A DNA stretch of 64,000 nt from an uncultured Actinomycetota bacterium (GCA_963732355.1 CAVSZD010000007.1:658983-722982); one strand, 5' to 3'. Positions 1-9,245 are shown, counted from the first letter of the stretch. Numbers and translations are program-made. The notes: generated by a model not told the origin, from the letters alone.

Positions 1-588
1 ACCGCAGAGCTGGCGGTGGGCCTGATGATCGCCGCACAACGCGGTATCGACAGCTCCGCGCGCGATATGACGGCCGGGCGCTGGTCACACGTACGCCGGC
101 CATCCTTGGCGGACAGTTGCGTCGCACTCGTCGGGTTCGGTGGAGTCGGCCGGGCGATCGCCACCCGCCTGGAACCGTTCGAGGTCGCCCTCACAGCCTT
201 CTCCCGCAGTGGTCGCGATTGTCTGCCCGTGACACAGTTCGACGTCCACCTGCCGTCCTTCGACATCGTGGTGCTGGCGATGCCGGGTCAGCCGGGGCCG
301 GCCTTCATGTCGGCGGCCAGGCTGGCCGCTATGCGCGACGGCTCGTTGCTGGTCAACGTCGGTCGCGGATCCCTGGTGGATACCGAGGCGCTGGTGGTCG
401 AGGCGACCGCCGGGCGGTTGCGGGCGGCCCTGGATGTCACAGATCCCGAGCCGCTGCCGCCGGGCCACCCACTGTGGACATGTCCCGGCGTGCTTGTGAC
501 ACCCCACGTCGGCGGCGACTCGCAGGCTTTCCTCCCGAGGGCCAGGGCGATGGTCGCTGCGCGGATGCGCGAGTTGGGCGGGCTCTGA
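1..588 (+). CDS. D-isomer-specific 2-hydroxyacid dehydrogenase family protein, C-terminal part (5' end outside window)
   Basis: Frame 1 is open from position 1 (TAELAVGLMIAAQR...). It carries the NAD-binding GFGGVGRAIA motif plus VNVGRGSLVD and LVTPHVGG, typical of this family. Confidence 0.85.
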   Translation, partial: TAELAVGLMIAAQRGIDSSARDMTAGRWSHVRRPSLADSCVALVGFGGVGRAIATRLEPFEVALTAFSRSGRDCLPVTQFDVHLPSFDIVVLAMPGQPGPAFMSAARLAAMRDGSLLVNVGRGSLVDTEALVVEATAGRLRAALDVTDPEPLPPGHPLWTCPGVLVTPHVGGDSQAFLPRARAMVAARMRELGGL

Positions 589-589
589 C

Positions 590-910
590 TCAGCCGGGAT
601 CGAGCACCCAGAACTTGCGCAACGGTTGGGTGACATGCCAGATCGTGCGCGCACCTGCCTGGAGTTCGACCACATCCCCGGGACCGACTTCAAGATCTGG
701 TCCGCCCTCGACCTCGATGCGGGCCGCCCCATGGATCACCACGAAAACCTCGTGAGCCTCAATATCGGTGGAGACGCCCACTGAGTGTTCCCACAGCCCG
801 CACTCGAGGTCGGCGACTGGCGCCTGCCAGACCCCTGTCGACACCGACTGACCAACCAGCGACTCATGCTCGATCTCGCGCTGCGACGAGAACAGAATCC
901 GACTTTCCAT
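590..910 (-). CDS. cupin domain protein (cupin_3/DUF861-like)
   Basis: 106-aa ORF with a single cupin barrel signature (EVFVVIHGAARIEV...GPGDVVELQAGARTIW). Confidence 0.75.
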   Translation of the reverse strand: MESRILFSSQREIEHESLVGQSVSTGVWQAPVADLECGLWEHSVGVSTDIEAHEVFVVIHGAARIEVEGGPDLEVGPGDVVELQAGARTIWHVTQPLRKFWVLDPG

Positions 911-951
911 GAACCTGATCCTATGGGCTGCATTTTGATACCGGAATTCGC

Positions 952-980
952 TTGCACTTTTGTGTTCGACCCGGCATAGT
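952..980 (+). promoter_or_regulatory. candidate sigma70-type promoter for the downstream eRF1-like gene
   Basis: TTGCAC (952-957), 17-nt spacer, CATAGT (975-980), in a locally AT-richer spacer about 125 nt upstream of the 1105 start. Pattern match only. Confidence 0.25.
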
Positions 981-1104
981 GAGAAACACGCGAGGGGAGT
1001 ACCCCATCACTCGCCGATCGTCATTACGGTGGCTGCGTCAGCCACCCGGTCGGCGGGGGCCTCAGGGCCGGGAGAGACCTCTGGAAACGACCAGGAGTCA
1101 GTAC

Positions 1105-2193
1105 ATGAACGCACTTCTCAGCCCACCTCGTCCAATGCTGTCCCGACCCGACCAGAACGATCTCGAGGACTTGATGCGAGTCCGTGGCATGTGCGTGTCC
1201 ATCCTCGTTTCCACACGCCCCGGGCTCCGTCTCATCGAGGCCGACCAGATGCAACTGCTGGCCAATGCCCGCGACGTGGAGCGACGCCTCGAACTCGAAC
1301 CGGACCCTGCCACCGCCAGGGTTGTCGTGCCCCGATTGCGGGCCGCCGTTGAGAATGCCAGTCGCGGGCCGGCCGACAAGGCACTGGCGATCTTCGTGGG
1401 CGAGACCACCACGCGCGTCTTCCACCTGCCGGTGACCGTTGAGGACCGGGTCGTCATCGACCCCACTTTCGCGACCCGCGACGTGGTGCGAGCGGTTCAG
1501 AGCAACCCCAGGTTCCTGCTGCTGCACATGGACCACCGCTCTGCCAACTTGTACCGGTACAACCAGAAGTACCTCGAGCCCGTCCTGTCGCCCGACTTCC
1601 CCGCGCTGCGCGAGGGTCGCGTGCGGGCCGGGAGGGACGTGGAACGCCAACGGATGTTCCTGCGAGGCATCGACGCCGGTCTGAGCCGGCACCTCGCGGA
1701 GACGAACCTGCCCATCGTGATCGTGGGCGGAGATCGAGTGGTCGGTGAGTTCCTGCGCTTGACCCGCAACGGCTCCAAGGTCGCCGGGATCGCGCGGGGT
1801 ATCCATTCGCGACCGCACCTCAGCGAACTGGAGGACATCGGTCGATCCGTGATGCGCGACCACGTGGATGACCTTGCCGCTGCTGCCCACGACACCTTGT
1901 ACGCCCGGCTTCGGGTCAAGCGCGCGGTCACCGGCCTGCTGGGCTGCTGGCATGCGGCCTCAACGGAGAATCCGGAGTTACTGGTGGTTGAGCAGCACTT
2001 CGCGATGCCGGCCCGCATGGTCGCTGAAGGCCGCTACGTGGAACCCGCTGATGACGAGGAACACCCAGAGGTGATCGACGACGCGGTGGACGACTTGATC
2101 GAGAAGGTCCTGCAGTCCGGCGGATTCGTCTCGGTCGTGCCCGATGGGACCCTGCGAGAGCACGGGCGCGTAGCCCTGACTCTGGCTGGATGA
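1105..2193 (+). CDS. bacterial eRF1/Pelota-like (baeRF-type) domain protein, candidate
   Basis: Start moved from 952 to ATG 1105, which has AGGAG at 1093-1097. Layout: N-terminal CVSILVST; central ALAIFVGE..FHLPV..RVVIDPTF, PRFLLLHMDHRSANLY; C-terminal PELLVVEQ and GGFVSVVPDG...ALTL. This resembles release-factor-like baeRF families as I recall them. Not searched. Confidence 0.65.
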   Translation: MNALLSPPRPMLSRPDQNDLEDLMRVRGMCVSILVSTRPGLRLIEADQMQLLANARDVERRLELEPDPATARVVVPRLRAAVENASRGPADKALAIFVGETTTRVFHLPVTVEDRVVIDPTFATRDVVRAVQSNPRFLLLHMDHRSANLYRYNQKYLEPVLSPDFPALREGRVRAGRDVERQRMFLRGIDAGLSRHLAETNLPIVIVGGDRVVGEFLRLTRNGSKVAGIARGIHSRPHLSELEDIGRSVMRDHVDDLAAAAHDTLYARLRVKRAVTGLLGCWHAASTENPELLVVEQHFAMPARMVAEGRYVEPADDEEHPEVIDDAVDDLIEKVLQSGGFVSVVPDGTLREHGRVALTLAG

Positions 2194-2284
2194 GACGACT
2201 GACCCGCAGGACCATCGTCGCGGCTCGGGCCCTTGTGCCGAGACGGGTTCTGCGGGTCAGTGCTGTGCCGGACAGAATGAAGTC

Positions 2285-2686
2285 ATGAACCTCATGGCCC
2301 AACCCGAACCCACGTTGCTCCCGCCGGATCCCGCGGCGCCTGCCGTTGCTGCCGGCGAGAACCCTGAACGCGTCGCCGCTCGCTTCCCGGCCTCGAGTTT
2401 GGCCTGGGCGACCTTGGCCCGCACCGCGCGCGAGCACGGCCGCACGATCGAGTCGTACGCGTTTGCCCGGGTGGGGTACCACCGTGGCCTGGACGCGTTG
2501 CGCCGCAACGGCTGGAAGGGCCACGGCCCGGTCCCCTGGTCACACGAGCCCAACCGCGGATTCCTGGAGTGCCTGCACGAACTGTCCCTGGCGGCGCAGG
2601 CGATCGGCGAGACCGACGAGGCCGACCGCACGCGACAGTTCCTTCACGACAGTTCAGCGGAGGCGGCCGACGTCCTGGGGGTGTGA
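2285..2686 (+). CDS. DUF3151 domain-containing protein
   Basis: ARVGYHRGLDALRRNGWKGHGPVPW core is typical of the conserved actinobacterial DUF3151 family. Confidence 0.85.
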   Translation: MNLMAQPEPTLLPPDPAAPAVAAGENPERVAARFPASSLAWATLARTAREHGRTIESYAFARVGYHRGLDALRRNGWKGHGPVPWSHEPNRGFLECLHELSLAAQAIGETDEADRTRQFLHDSSAEAADVLGV

Positions 2687-2734
2687 GGCTGTGGGGCCGT
2701 CGTCCTGGTGCCCCGCCCAGTCCCGCCGCCCGCG

Positions 2735-2802
2735 TTAGAGGTTGTGCTGTTAGTTAGCGTTTCAACGCGTGGATTCGCTAACGAACCGCACAACCTCTAA
2801 CC
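2735..2802. repeat. 68-bp nested-palindrome intergenic element (sub-family 2)
   Basis: TTAGAGGTTGTG...CACAACCTCTAA termini with an inner GTTAGCG..CGCTAAC stem. Lies between convergent gene ends. Confidence 0.9.
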
Positions 2803-2897
2803 AGGGCACCGGGCCAAGCCCGCGAGGTGGGGCACGACACTGACTAGCCCCGGCCGTCTAACGCGGGCCCGCGGCACAGGGCCGAACCCGCCACACC

Positions 2898-3251
2898 TCA
2901 ACGGGTCGGGCTGTTCCACGCCGCCTTCATCATCGGCACCTGCAGGGGCAACCGGGCCCACACGGCCGCCTTCTGCCACACCGGCCGGCGACTGCGCTGC
3001 ACGTCGAGGGCCATCTGCAGGTTGCCAACCGCAACGACGGCCAGGGTCGCGGTGGTTGCAGCGGGAGCCCATCGCTGCTGGGTGGCAAGACCGGCCGCAC
3101 ACACCAGTTCAGCCACACCGCTGCCGATCACCCAAGCCCGGGCATCGCCCAACTGCTCGGGAATCATGGGCTCGAACACCTTTGGGCGTACCACGTGCAC
3201 GACCCCGCTGAGAGTGAAGGCACCGATGACAAGGGTGGTTCCTGTGGGCAT
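2898..3251 (-). CDS. small integral membrane protein (possibly DoxX-like)
   Basis: Start trimmed to MPTGTTLVIG (ATG 3251), 13 nt after the upstream stop. Hydrophobic helices and GC3-rich codons. Function not recognised. Confidence 0.6.
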   Translation of the reverse strand: MPTGTTLVIGAFTLSGVVHVVRPKVFEPMIPEQLGDARAWVIGSGVAELVCAAGLATQQRWAPAATTATLAVVAVGNLQMALDVQRSRRPVWQKAAVWARLPLQVPMMKAAWNSPTR

Positions 3252-3264
3252 GGCCTCAGCGTAG

Positions 3265-4548
3265 TCACACCAGAATGACGTGACTGAGGGTGTAAATGGC
3301 CAACCCGGCCAGCGCACCAACCAGCGTTCCGTTGAGCCGGATGAACTGCAGGTCACGGCCGACCTGGATCTCGATCTTGCGAGAGGTCTCGTCGGCGTCC
3401 CAGCGATCGACGGTCTCGGTGATCAGCTTCGTGATCTCGTCACGGTTGTTGCGAACAACGTGGACCGCAGCGTCCTCGACCCACGTGTTCACCCGATCGC
3501 GACTGGATTCATTCTCGACCAGGTTTCGGCCCAGCGAGACCAGCGAATCAACGATGCGTACCCGCAGGTCCGAGGTCGGGTCGTCCAAGGCGCGCAGCAG
3601 CATCTCCTTGGCCACCGTGCCCGTCGCGTTGAGGGTTCGGGCGACCTCCGGGTGGTCGAGCACACGCATCTTGGCCTGCTCCGCCTTGTACTGCATGTCC
3701 GCGTCGAAACGGAGGTCGTTGGACAGCTTGATCAATGCCTCATCGATCGACTTGCGCAGGGGATGATGGGGGTCGTCGCGGACATCTTGAGCGAAGCGCA
3801 CTGCCTCGCGGTAGACCTTGTTGGCCACCATGTCGTCGGCCCATCGCGGAGACCAGGTCGGCGCTTGCCGCTCAACAACGTCGGTCACCCGGTTGCGGTT
3901 GTCCGCCAGCCAGTCGTACAACGAGCCAGCCACCAAGTCGATGAGCGGCACATGAGCCCGGTCGGTAACGACCTCCCCAAGCAGATTGCCTGCGGGCTCC
4001 GCGATGGGGAACTCCTCGGCACGCTTGCGCAGAAACTCCCCCACAGCCGCACGCACCTGCTCATCGTCGAGCAGGCCCAGACCGGACTTGATCCCCACGG
4101 CGATCTCACTGGATACCCGCCGGGCGTTCTCGTAGTCGCTGATCCACTGACCGACCCGCAACCCGACGTCCAGGGCCTTGATGCGTTGCCGGACCACATC
4201 CTCGGCCAGGAAGTTGGTACCGACGAAGTCCCCGAGGTTGCGCCCGATCGCGTTCTTGCGCGTGGGAATGATCGCCGTGTGCGGGATCGGGATTCCCAGC
4301 GGGTGGCGGAACAGCGCTGTCACTGCGAACCAGTCAGCCAGGGCACCGACCATGCCCGCTTCAGCTGCGGCGCGCACGTAGCCGGCCCAACCCACACCGT
4401 CTCGCTCCAGCACGAAGGCGATCGCGTAGATCACGGCTGCGGCGAGCAGCGCACCGACGGCCACGAGCTTCATGCGGCGCAGTCCGCGCAGTTTCTCCTC
4501 ATCGGCCACTGTCAGGGCCAAGGCACTCATGGGGGCATCTTGCCCCAC
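3265..4548 (-). CDS. DUF445 domain-containing membrane protein
   Basis: 427-aa ORF with N- and C-terminal TM helices and the FRHPLGIPIPHTAIIPTRKNAIG core characteristic of DUF445/YjiN-like proteins. An alternative start is at 4530. Confidence 0.85.
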   Translation of the reverse strand: MGQDAPMSALALTVADEEKLRGLRRMKLVAVGALLAAAVIYAIAFVLERDGVGWAGYVRAAAEAGMVGALADWFAVTALFRHPLGIPIPHTAIIPTRKNAIGRNLGDFVGTNFLAEDVVRQRIKALDVGLRVGQWISDYENARRVSSEIAVGIKSGLGLLDDEQVRAAVGEFLRKRAEEFPIAEPAGNLLGEVVTDRAHVPLIDLVAGSLYDWLADNRNRVTDVVERQAPTWSPRWADDMVANKVYREAVRFAQDVRDDPHHPLRKSIDEALIKLSNDLRFDADMQYKAEQAKMRVLDHPEVARTLNATGTVAKEMLLRALDDPTSDLRVRIVDSLVSLGRNLVENESSRDRVNTWVEDAAVHVVRNNRDEITKLITETVDRWDADETSRKIEIQVGRDLQFIRLNGTLVGALAGLAIYTLSHVILV

Positions 4549-4558
4549 GTCCGGCGGA

Positions 4559-5317
4559 TCAGCCGAGGGCGCGTCGCATGTGCCAATAGGCCGCGATCAG
4601 CACACTGGTGAAGCCCAAGGTCATCACGGGCACGACCGAGACAGCGAAGACCGCCGAGTCAGCCATCGCGCCCCCACCAACCACGGCGACCGCGGTGAAC
4701 GCAGTGGCGGCAACCGCCCCACCGACCACTGTGGCCCGTGCGGCGATCTTCCCCAGAGCGGAGGGCTGGCGCTGCAGGGGATAGGTCTGCGCACTTCGGT
4801 ACCAGCGCACCGCCCAGACAGCAAGCACCACGAGCCCAATCACGGAGAACAGCACCTGCAGGAAGTAGTGCAGCGGCATCCCCGCAACGTCGGCGTGGAA
4901 GAAGCCCGTCATGCCCGTGACAACTGTCCCGGCGTGGGTGAACAGGTCGAGGAACTGGTGGGTCAGCCCTCCGATGAGCAACGAGGAGAACACGCCCAGC
5001 ACCTTCGCCGGTGTCGTCAATCGCACCCGCAGACCCGGCTGCTGGTGCGGCGCCAGCCGTGCGCGCACTCCCGACGGAGCGAACCAGTCAGCGGGTCGCG
5101 CGAGGAAACCGTGCCAGATCACGAAGAGCGCGAAGCCCACGAGCAAGTTGAGGAACAGCAAGCCGAACACCGTGTGCGTCTGGTCGGTCGTGTACCCCAG
5201 AAAGGGCGCGAACAGCGGCAAGTCGGGGGTCATGGCGCCGATCACCAAGGCCGAGGTCGACACCCACCGCACCCTGATGGGCAGGATGGCGGCCGCGTGG
5301 CTGACGGTGAAAGGCAT
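4559..5317 (-). CDS. DUF4184 family membrane protein
   Basis: Begins MPFTVSHAAAILPI, the DUF4184 N-terminal signature, and is multi-TM. Start trimmed from 5338 to 5317. Confidence 0.8.
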   Translation of the reverse strand: MPFTVSHAAAILPIRVRWVSTSALVIGAMTPDLPLFAPFLGYTTDQTHTVFGLLFLNLLVGFALFVIWHGFLARPADWFAPSGVRARLAPHQQPGLRVRLTTPAKVLGVFSSLLIGGLTHQFLDLFTHAGTVVTGMTGFFHADVAGMPLHYFLQVLFSVIGLVVLAVWAVRWYRSAQTYPLQRQPSALGKIAARATVVGGAVAATAFTAVAVVGGGAMADSAVFAVSVVPVMTLGFTSVLIAAYWHMRRALG

Positions 5318-5384
5318 GGTTCCAGTGTTCCCCCGCACGGCGGCCCCACCACGGAATTGTGGGCAACCTCACCCACGCCGCCAC

Positions 5385-5432
5385 AAGGTTGAACCGATCG
5401 GCGACGATAAGCGTGCCAATCGGTTCAACCTT
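5385..5432. promoter_or_regulatory. perfect 14-bp inverted repeat with 20-nt spacer (operator or hairpin candidate)
   Basis: AAGGTTGAACCGAT (5385-5398) and ATCGGTTCAACCTT (5419-5432), between the divergent DUF4184 gene and tRNA-Thr. Confidence 0.35.
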
Positions 5433-5473
5433 CCCGCCAAGACACCGGCCGGCCTCGGTATCGTTGGAGAATC

Positions 5474-5548
5474 GCCCCGTTAGCTCAGTGGTAGAGCACT
5501 CGCCTTGTAAGCGAAAGGTCGTCCGTTCAATCCGGACACGGGGCTCCA
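5474..5548 (+). tRNA. tRNA-Thr (anticodon UGU), CCA encoded
   Basis: Hand-folded cloverleaf. Acceptor stem GCCCCGT/ACGGGGC, D-arm GCTC-AGTGGTA-GAGC, anticodon loop CTTGTAA (TGT at 5506-5508), T-arm GTCCG-TTCAATC-CGGAC, discriminator T, CCA at 5546-5548. Confidence 0.95.
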
Positions 5549-5618
5549 ACCGGCTGAATGGCAACCTTGTCCTCGTGATGCCTGTGCGGATACGCTGAGC
5601 CCGATTGGGGAGGCACTC

Positions 5619-6155
5619 ATGTGGCAGAACATTCGGGCCAAGCGTGGTGTCATTGCAGCATTCCTCATCGGGGTCATGGTCGCCGGAGCGAGCACCGCAA
5701 CGGCTGCGTCATTGATCACCAGCAAGAACATCAAGAACGGGACGATCAAACTCAAGGATCTCTCGCCCCAGGTGCGTGCGCTGATCTCCCAACCGGGCCC
5801 GGCCGGCGCCACTGGACCGACGGGTGCGACCGGACCCACGGGCACCCAGGGTCCTGCCGGAGTACCAGGGGGCTTCAGCACCGACAACATCACGATCGTC
5901 ACCGGCAATGTCGCCACATACCCGATCCCCTTCCTGGGAGGGGCGGTCCCGCAGTCCAACGCCGAGTGCCCCGTCGGGAAGATCGCGATCGGCGGCTGGT
6001 ACGAGATGCAGGGCATCTACTACAGCCAGCCGGTACCGTTTGTGAACTCCTACCGCCAGGCCGCGCCACGGATATGGTCGGTCAGCCTCGCGTGGCCCAA
6101 CACCTACCCCGATACCAGCGCCAGTTACGTGGCCAAGGCGGTCTGCGCGGGCTGA
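5619..6155 (+). CDS. secreted or membrane-anchored protein with collagen-like Gly-X-Y repeat
   Basis: N-terminal hydrophobic signal/anchor (VIAAFLIGVMVAGASTATA). Eight to nine consecutive GXY triplets (GPAGATGPTGATGPTGTQGPAGVPG, about nt 5796-5870). GGGGAGG RBS lies before the ATG. Confidence 0.75.
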   Translation: MWQNIRAKRGVIAAFLIGVMVAGASTATAASLITSKNIKNGTIKLKDLSPQVRALISQPGPAGATGPTGATGPTGTQGPAGVPGGFSTDNITIVTGNVATYPIPFLGGAVPQSNAECPVGKIAIGGWYEMQGIYYSQPVPFVNSYRQAAPRIWSVSLAWPNTYPDTSASYVAKAVCAG

Positions 6156-6205
6156 AGCGCCCCGAGAAACACCCCATCAGGCACCCGAGCGACTAGCCTC
6201 GCCCC

Positions 6206-6832
6206 ATGTCGACCCGTGTGATTCTCGAGATCTTCGGTTGGATCGGTTCCGGCCTGATCGTGTTGTCCCTGGCCCAGGCCCGCGTGTGGCGCTTCCGGAT
6301 CATGAACTTCATCGGCGCCGTGATCGCCACTGTCTACAACGGCATGCTGTCCATCTGGCCGTTCGCTGCCATGAACCTCGTCATCGCCGTCATCGACGCG
6401 TACTGGCTGGTGCGTCTGCGTAAGGAACGCCAGCCAGAATCGCAGGCCTACGACCTGCTGGAGGTGAACCACGAGGACGCGTACCTGCAGCACTTCCTCA
6501 AGGTTCACGGCGAGGACGCCAAAAAGCACTTCCCCGAATTCACTCCGCAGTCCCCGACCGTCTCCAACGTGATGATCATGCGCGGCGACGAGGCCGTCGG
6601 TGTTGTGAGCATCACTGAAATCACCGACGGCACAGCCAAACTGGGACTCGACTACGTCACGGAACGCTTCCGCGACTTCACCCCCGGCACGTTCGTCTAC
6701 CGGGACTCTGGGATGTTCGAAAGGCTGGGCGTGCGCCGTATCCAGGCACCGGCCACCTCGGGTCCGAAGTACCTACAACGGATGGGCTTCCAGGAACAAG
6801 ACGGCGCCTGGTTGCGTGACGTCGCCGCCTGA
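6206..6832 (+). CDS. membrane protein: N-terminal 3-TM module plus C-terminal soluble (possibly GNAT-like) domain
   Basis: The first ~75 aa form three hydrophobic helices (YgjV/SemiSWEET-like appearance). The C-terminal ~130 aa are soluble. Function not recognised. Confidence 0.6.
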   Translation: MSTRVILEIFGWIGSGLIVLSLAQARVWRFRIMNFIGAVIATVYNGMLSIWPFAAMNLVIAVIDAYWLVRLRKERQPESQAYDLLEVNHEDAYLQHFLKVHGEDAKKHFPEFTPQSPTVSNVMIMRGDEAVGVVSITEITDGTAKLGLDYVTERFRDFTPGTFVYRDSGMFERLGVRRIQAPATSGPKYLQRMGFQEQDGAWLRDVAA

Positions 6833-6871
6833 CCGGACTTCGCCACAGACATCCCAGTACCGTCACCGTCC

Positions 6872-8359
6872 ATGAGCACCGCCACCGTCGCCAGGGCTCC
6901 GCGCACCTTCTTCGGACACCCTGCGGGACTTTCGACCCTGTTCTTCACGGAGTTCTGGGAGCGCTTCTCCTATTACGGGATGCGCGCCCTATTGGTGCTG
7001 TACTTGGTCGCTTCGCCCGATGGCGCCACTCCACCCGGTCCGGGACTTGGCTTGTCAACCGCCACCGCCTCAGCCATCTACGGCACCTACGTCGCGCTGG
7101 TCTACCTCTTCCCACTACTCGGTGGCTGGATCGCCGACCGGGTGTGGGGATTCCGTCGCTCGGTCCTGGTGGGTGGCATCGTCATCGCCTGCGGCCACTA
7201 TTCGATGGCCATGCCCACCGAAGCGACGTTCTGGCTGGGCCTGCTGCTCATCGCGCTGGGCACCGGACTGCTCAAACCCAACATCTCCGCCATGGTCGGC
7301 GAGCTGTACCTGGACCACGACACCAAACGTGACGCGGGTTTCTCGATCTTCTACATGGGTATCAACCTCGGCGCGTTCGTGGCACCGCTGATCACCGGCG
7401 CGCTCATGGACAACTTCGGCTGGCACTATGCGTTCGGCGCTGCCGCGATCGGGATGACTTTCGGCGTGATCCAGTACGTCATCGGCGGGCGCAAGAACCT
7501 CGCAGGGATCGGGCTGAGCGCCCCCAACCCGGCGAGCCCCAAGGAGAAGCGCAACGTCTTCGGAATGCTCGCCGCGGCGGTTCTGGGCATCGTGGTGATT
7601 GCCCTGATCGATGCCTGGCTATTCGGTTTCGAACTGGCCGACATGGTCGACATCCTGGCCATCTTCATCCTGTTGGTACCGGTCGTGTACTTCGTCCGGA
7701 TGTTCCGGACCCCGGGCATGAGCAGTGACCAGAAATCCCGCCTCCACGCCTTCCTCGGATTGTTCCTCGGGGCCGCCGTCTTCTGGATGATCTACGACCA
7801 GGCGGGGTCCACCCTGAGCGTGTTCGCCGAGGACGAGACCGATCTCACGGTCGGCGGGTTCAACATCCCCGTGCCCTGGTTGCAGTCGATCAACCCCATC
7901 TTCATCATCATCTTCGCCCCGATCTTCGCGGCCATCTGGTCACGGCTGGGCGATCGGGCGCCGTCCACCCCGCTGAAGTTCGCGTGGGCCCTCTTCGGCA
8001 TCGGCCTGAGTTTCCTGGTGATGATCATCCCCGCCCTTGACGCGGAGACCGGGGCCGAAGTCGCCGTGTGGTGGCTGGTCGGGGTGTACCTGATCCAGAC
8101 CTGGGCCGAGTTGCTGCTCTCCCCGATCGGCCTGAGCGCCTCGACCCGACTGGCCCCTCCCGGGATGGAGGGCCAGATGCTCGCGTTGTGGTTCCTGGCG
8201 GTGTCCGTTGGTGACACCATCGGCGCGCAGATTCTCTCGCGGATCGGTGACAACTACGTGCGCGTGTTCACCACATTCGGCATCATCGCGATGGTCGCCA
8301 CCGTGATCGCCTTCCTCTTCGTTCCCAGGCTCAAGAAGATGATGGTTGGCGTTCACTAG
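6872..8359 (+). CDS. proton-dependent oligopeptide transporter (POT/PTR2 family, MFS)
   Basis: FFGHPAGLSTLFFTEFWERFSYYGMRALLVLYL is the classic PTR2 signature. 495 aa, multi-TM. Confidence 0.9.
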   Translation: MSTATVARAPRTFFGHPAGLSTLFFTEFWERFSYYGMRALLVLYLVASPDGATPPGPGLGLSTATASAIYGTYVALVYLFPLLGGWIADRVWGFRRSVLVGGIVIACGHYSMAMPTEATFWLGLLLIALGTGLLKPNISAMVGELYLDHDTKRDAGFSIFYMGINLGAFVAPLITGALMDNFGWHYAFGAAAIGMTFGVIQYVIGGRKNLAGIGLSAPNPASPKEKRNVFGMLAAAVLGIVVIALIDAWLFGFELADMVDILAIFILLVPVVYFVRMFRTPGMSSDQKSRLHAFLGLFLGAAVFWMIYDQAGSTLSVFAEDETDLTVGGFNIPVPWLQSINPIFIIIFAPIFAAIWSRLGDRAPSTPLKFAWALFGIGLSFLVMIIPALDAETGAEVAVWWLVGVYLIQTWAELLLSPIGLSASTRLAPPGMEGQMLALWFLAVSVGDTIGAQILSRIGDNYVRVFTTFGIIAMVATVIAFLFVPRLKKMMVGVH

Positions 8360-9245
8360 CAGGCCGGCCTATTAGGCCTTGGACGAGCGCCGCTCCGACC
8401 AGGACGATCACGGCGCCCAACGGTTGGTTCCAGGTCAGGGTCTCACCCAGCAGCACGATCCCCAGCAAGGTGGAGACCAGCGGGGTGGCGTAGGTGACCG
8501 AGGCGCTCACCACCGACCCCGCCAGCGCGATCACCCGGTACATCCAGATGAAGGCAAGCCCCGTCGCCAGCGCTCCGAGTACGGCCACGGCCAACACCGA
8601 AGAGGCCTGCACGGTCTGCGGGTAGTCGGTCAGGAACAAGCAGAGCACCGCCATGACGACGCTGCTGCACAGCAGTTGTGCCCCCATCAGCGAAGGTCCG
8701 CCTTCAGGCCTCCCTGCCAGGAAGCGCCGCGTCCACGGCACCCCAACGCCGTAACACAGCGTTGCGCCCAAGCAGGCCAGTGAACCGATCAGATCGCCGG
8801 ACAAACCTTGCCAGACCCCCATCACCACCATGACGCCGACGAACCCGACGACCAGCCCGAGCACGCGCTGACGGGTGAGACGCTCCGACGGGACGATCGC
8901 CAGCGCGAAGAAGGCGGTGAACAACGGAGTCGCCGCATTGAACAACCCCGCCAGCACACTTGAGACCCGCGTTTCGGCCCAGGCGAAAAGGGTGAACGGG
9001 ATCACGTTGGTCATGAGGCCGACGAAGGCCACATGCGCCCAAACCGGGCCGAATCGGGGCAGCCGTCCGCGTTGCCACACAAGGACCACGACGACCGCGG
9101 CGAAACCGAACAGCACGCGGCCGAACGTGATCTGTAGGGGGGCGAACGAGTCGAGCCCGATCTTGATCAAGAAGAAGCTGGACCCCCACACCAGCGCCAG
9201 CGCCCACCAATAGGGCAGCCAGGCGGACAGGCGGGGCGATTCCAC
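8331..9245 (-). CDS. EamA/DMT family transporter
   Basis: About 10 TM helices and a WGSSFFLIKIGL..FAPLQITFGR EamA repeat. Start trimmed to GTG 9245, because the longer ORF (to 9422) reads through the palindromic repeat. Confidence 0.8.
   Translation of the reverse strand: MESPRLSAWLPYWWALALVWGSSFFLIKIGLDSFAPLQITFGRVLFGFAAVVVVLVWQRGRLPRFGPVWAHVAFVGLMTNVIPFTLFAWAETRVSSVLAGLFNAATPLFTAFFALAIVPSERLTRQRVLGLVVGFVGVMVVMGVWQGLSGDLIGSLACLGATLCYGVGVPWTRRFLAGRPEGGPSLMGAQLLCSSVVMAVLCLFLTDYPQTVQASSVLAVAVLGALATGLAFIWMYRVIALAGSVVSASVTYATPLVSTLLGIVLLGETLTWNQPLGAVIVLVGAALVQGLIGRPASERQPSSS

Noticed and set aside
2201-2258. GACCCGCAG...CTGCGGGTC (9-bp arms, 40-nt loop) after the eRF1-like gene, as a possible terminator.
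   Set aside because: The loop is too large and the inner pairing is imperfect. There is no U-tract. I kept it as an unscored observation only.
3280-4611. 443-aa ORF on the plus strand.
   Set aside because: It is fully antisense to the well-supported DUF445 gene. Its translation is Arg/Gly/His/Val-rich low-complexity sequence, typical of the open antisense frame in high-GC DNA.
5549-6900. A genomic island integrated at tRNA-Thr.
   Set aside because: I saw no integrase or recombinase and no downstream direct repeat of the tRNA 3' end. The next genes (a membrane protein gene and the POT transporter gene) look like ordinary chromosome genes.
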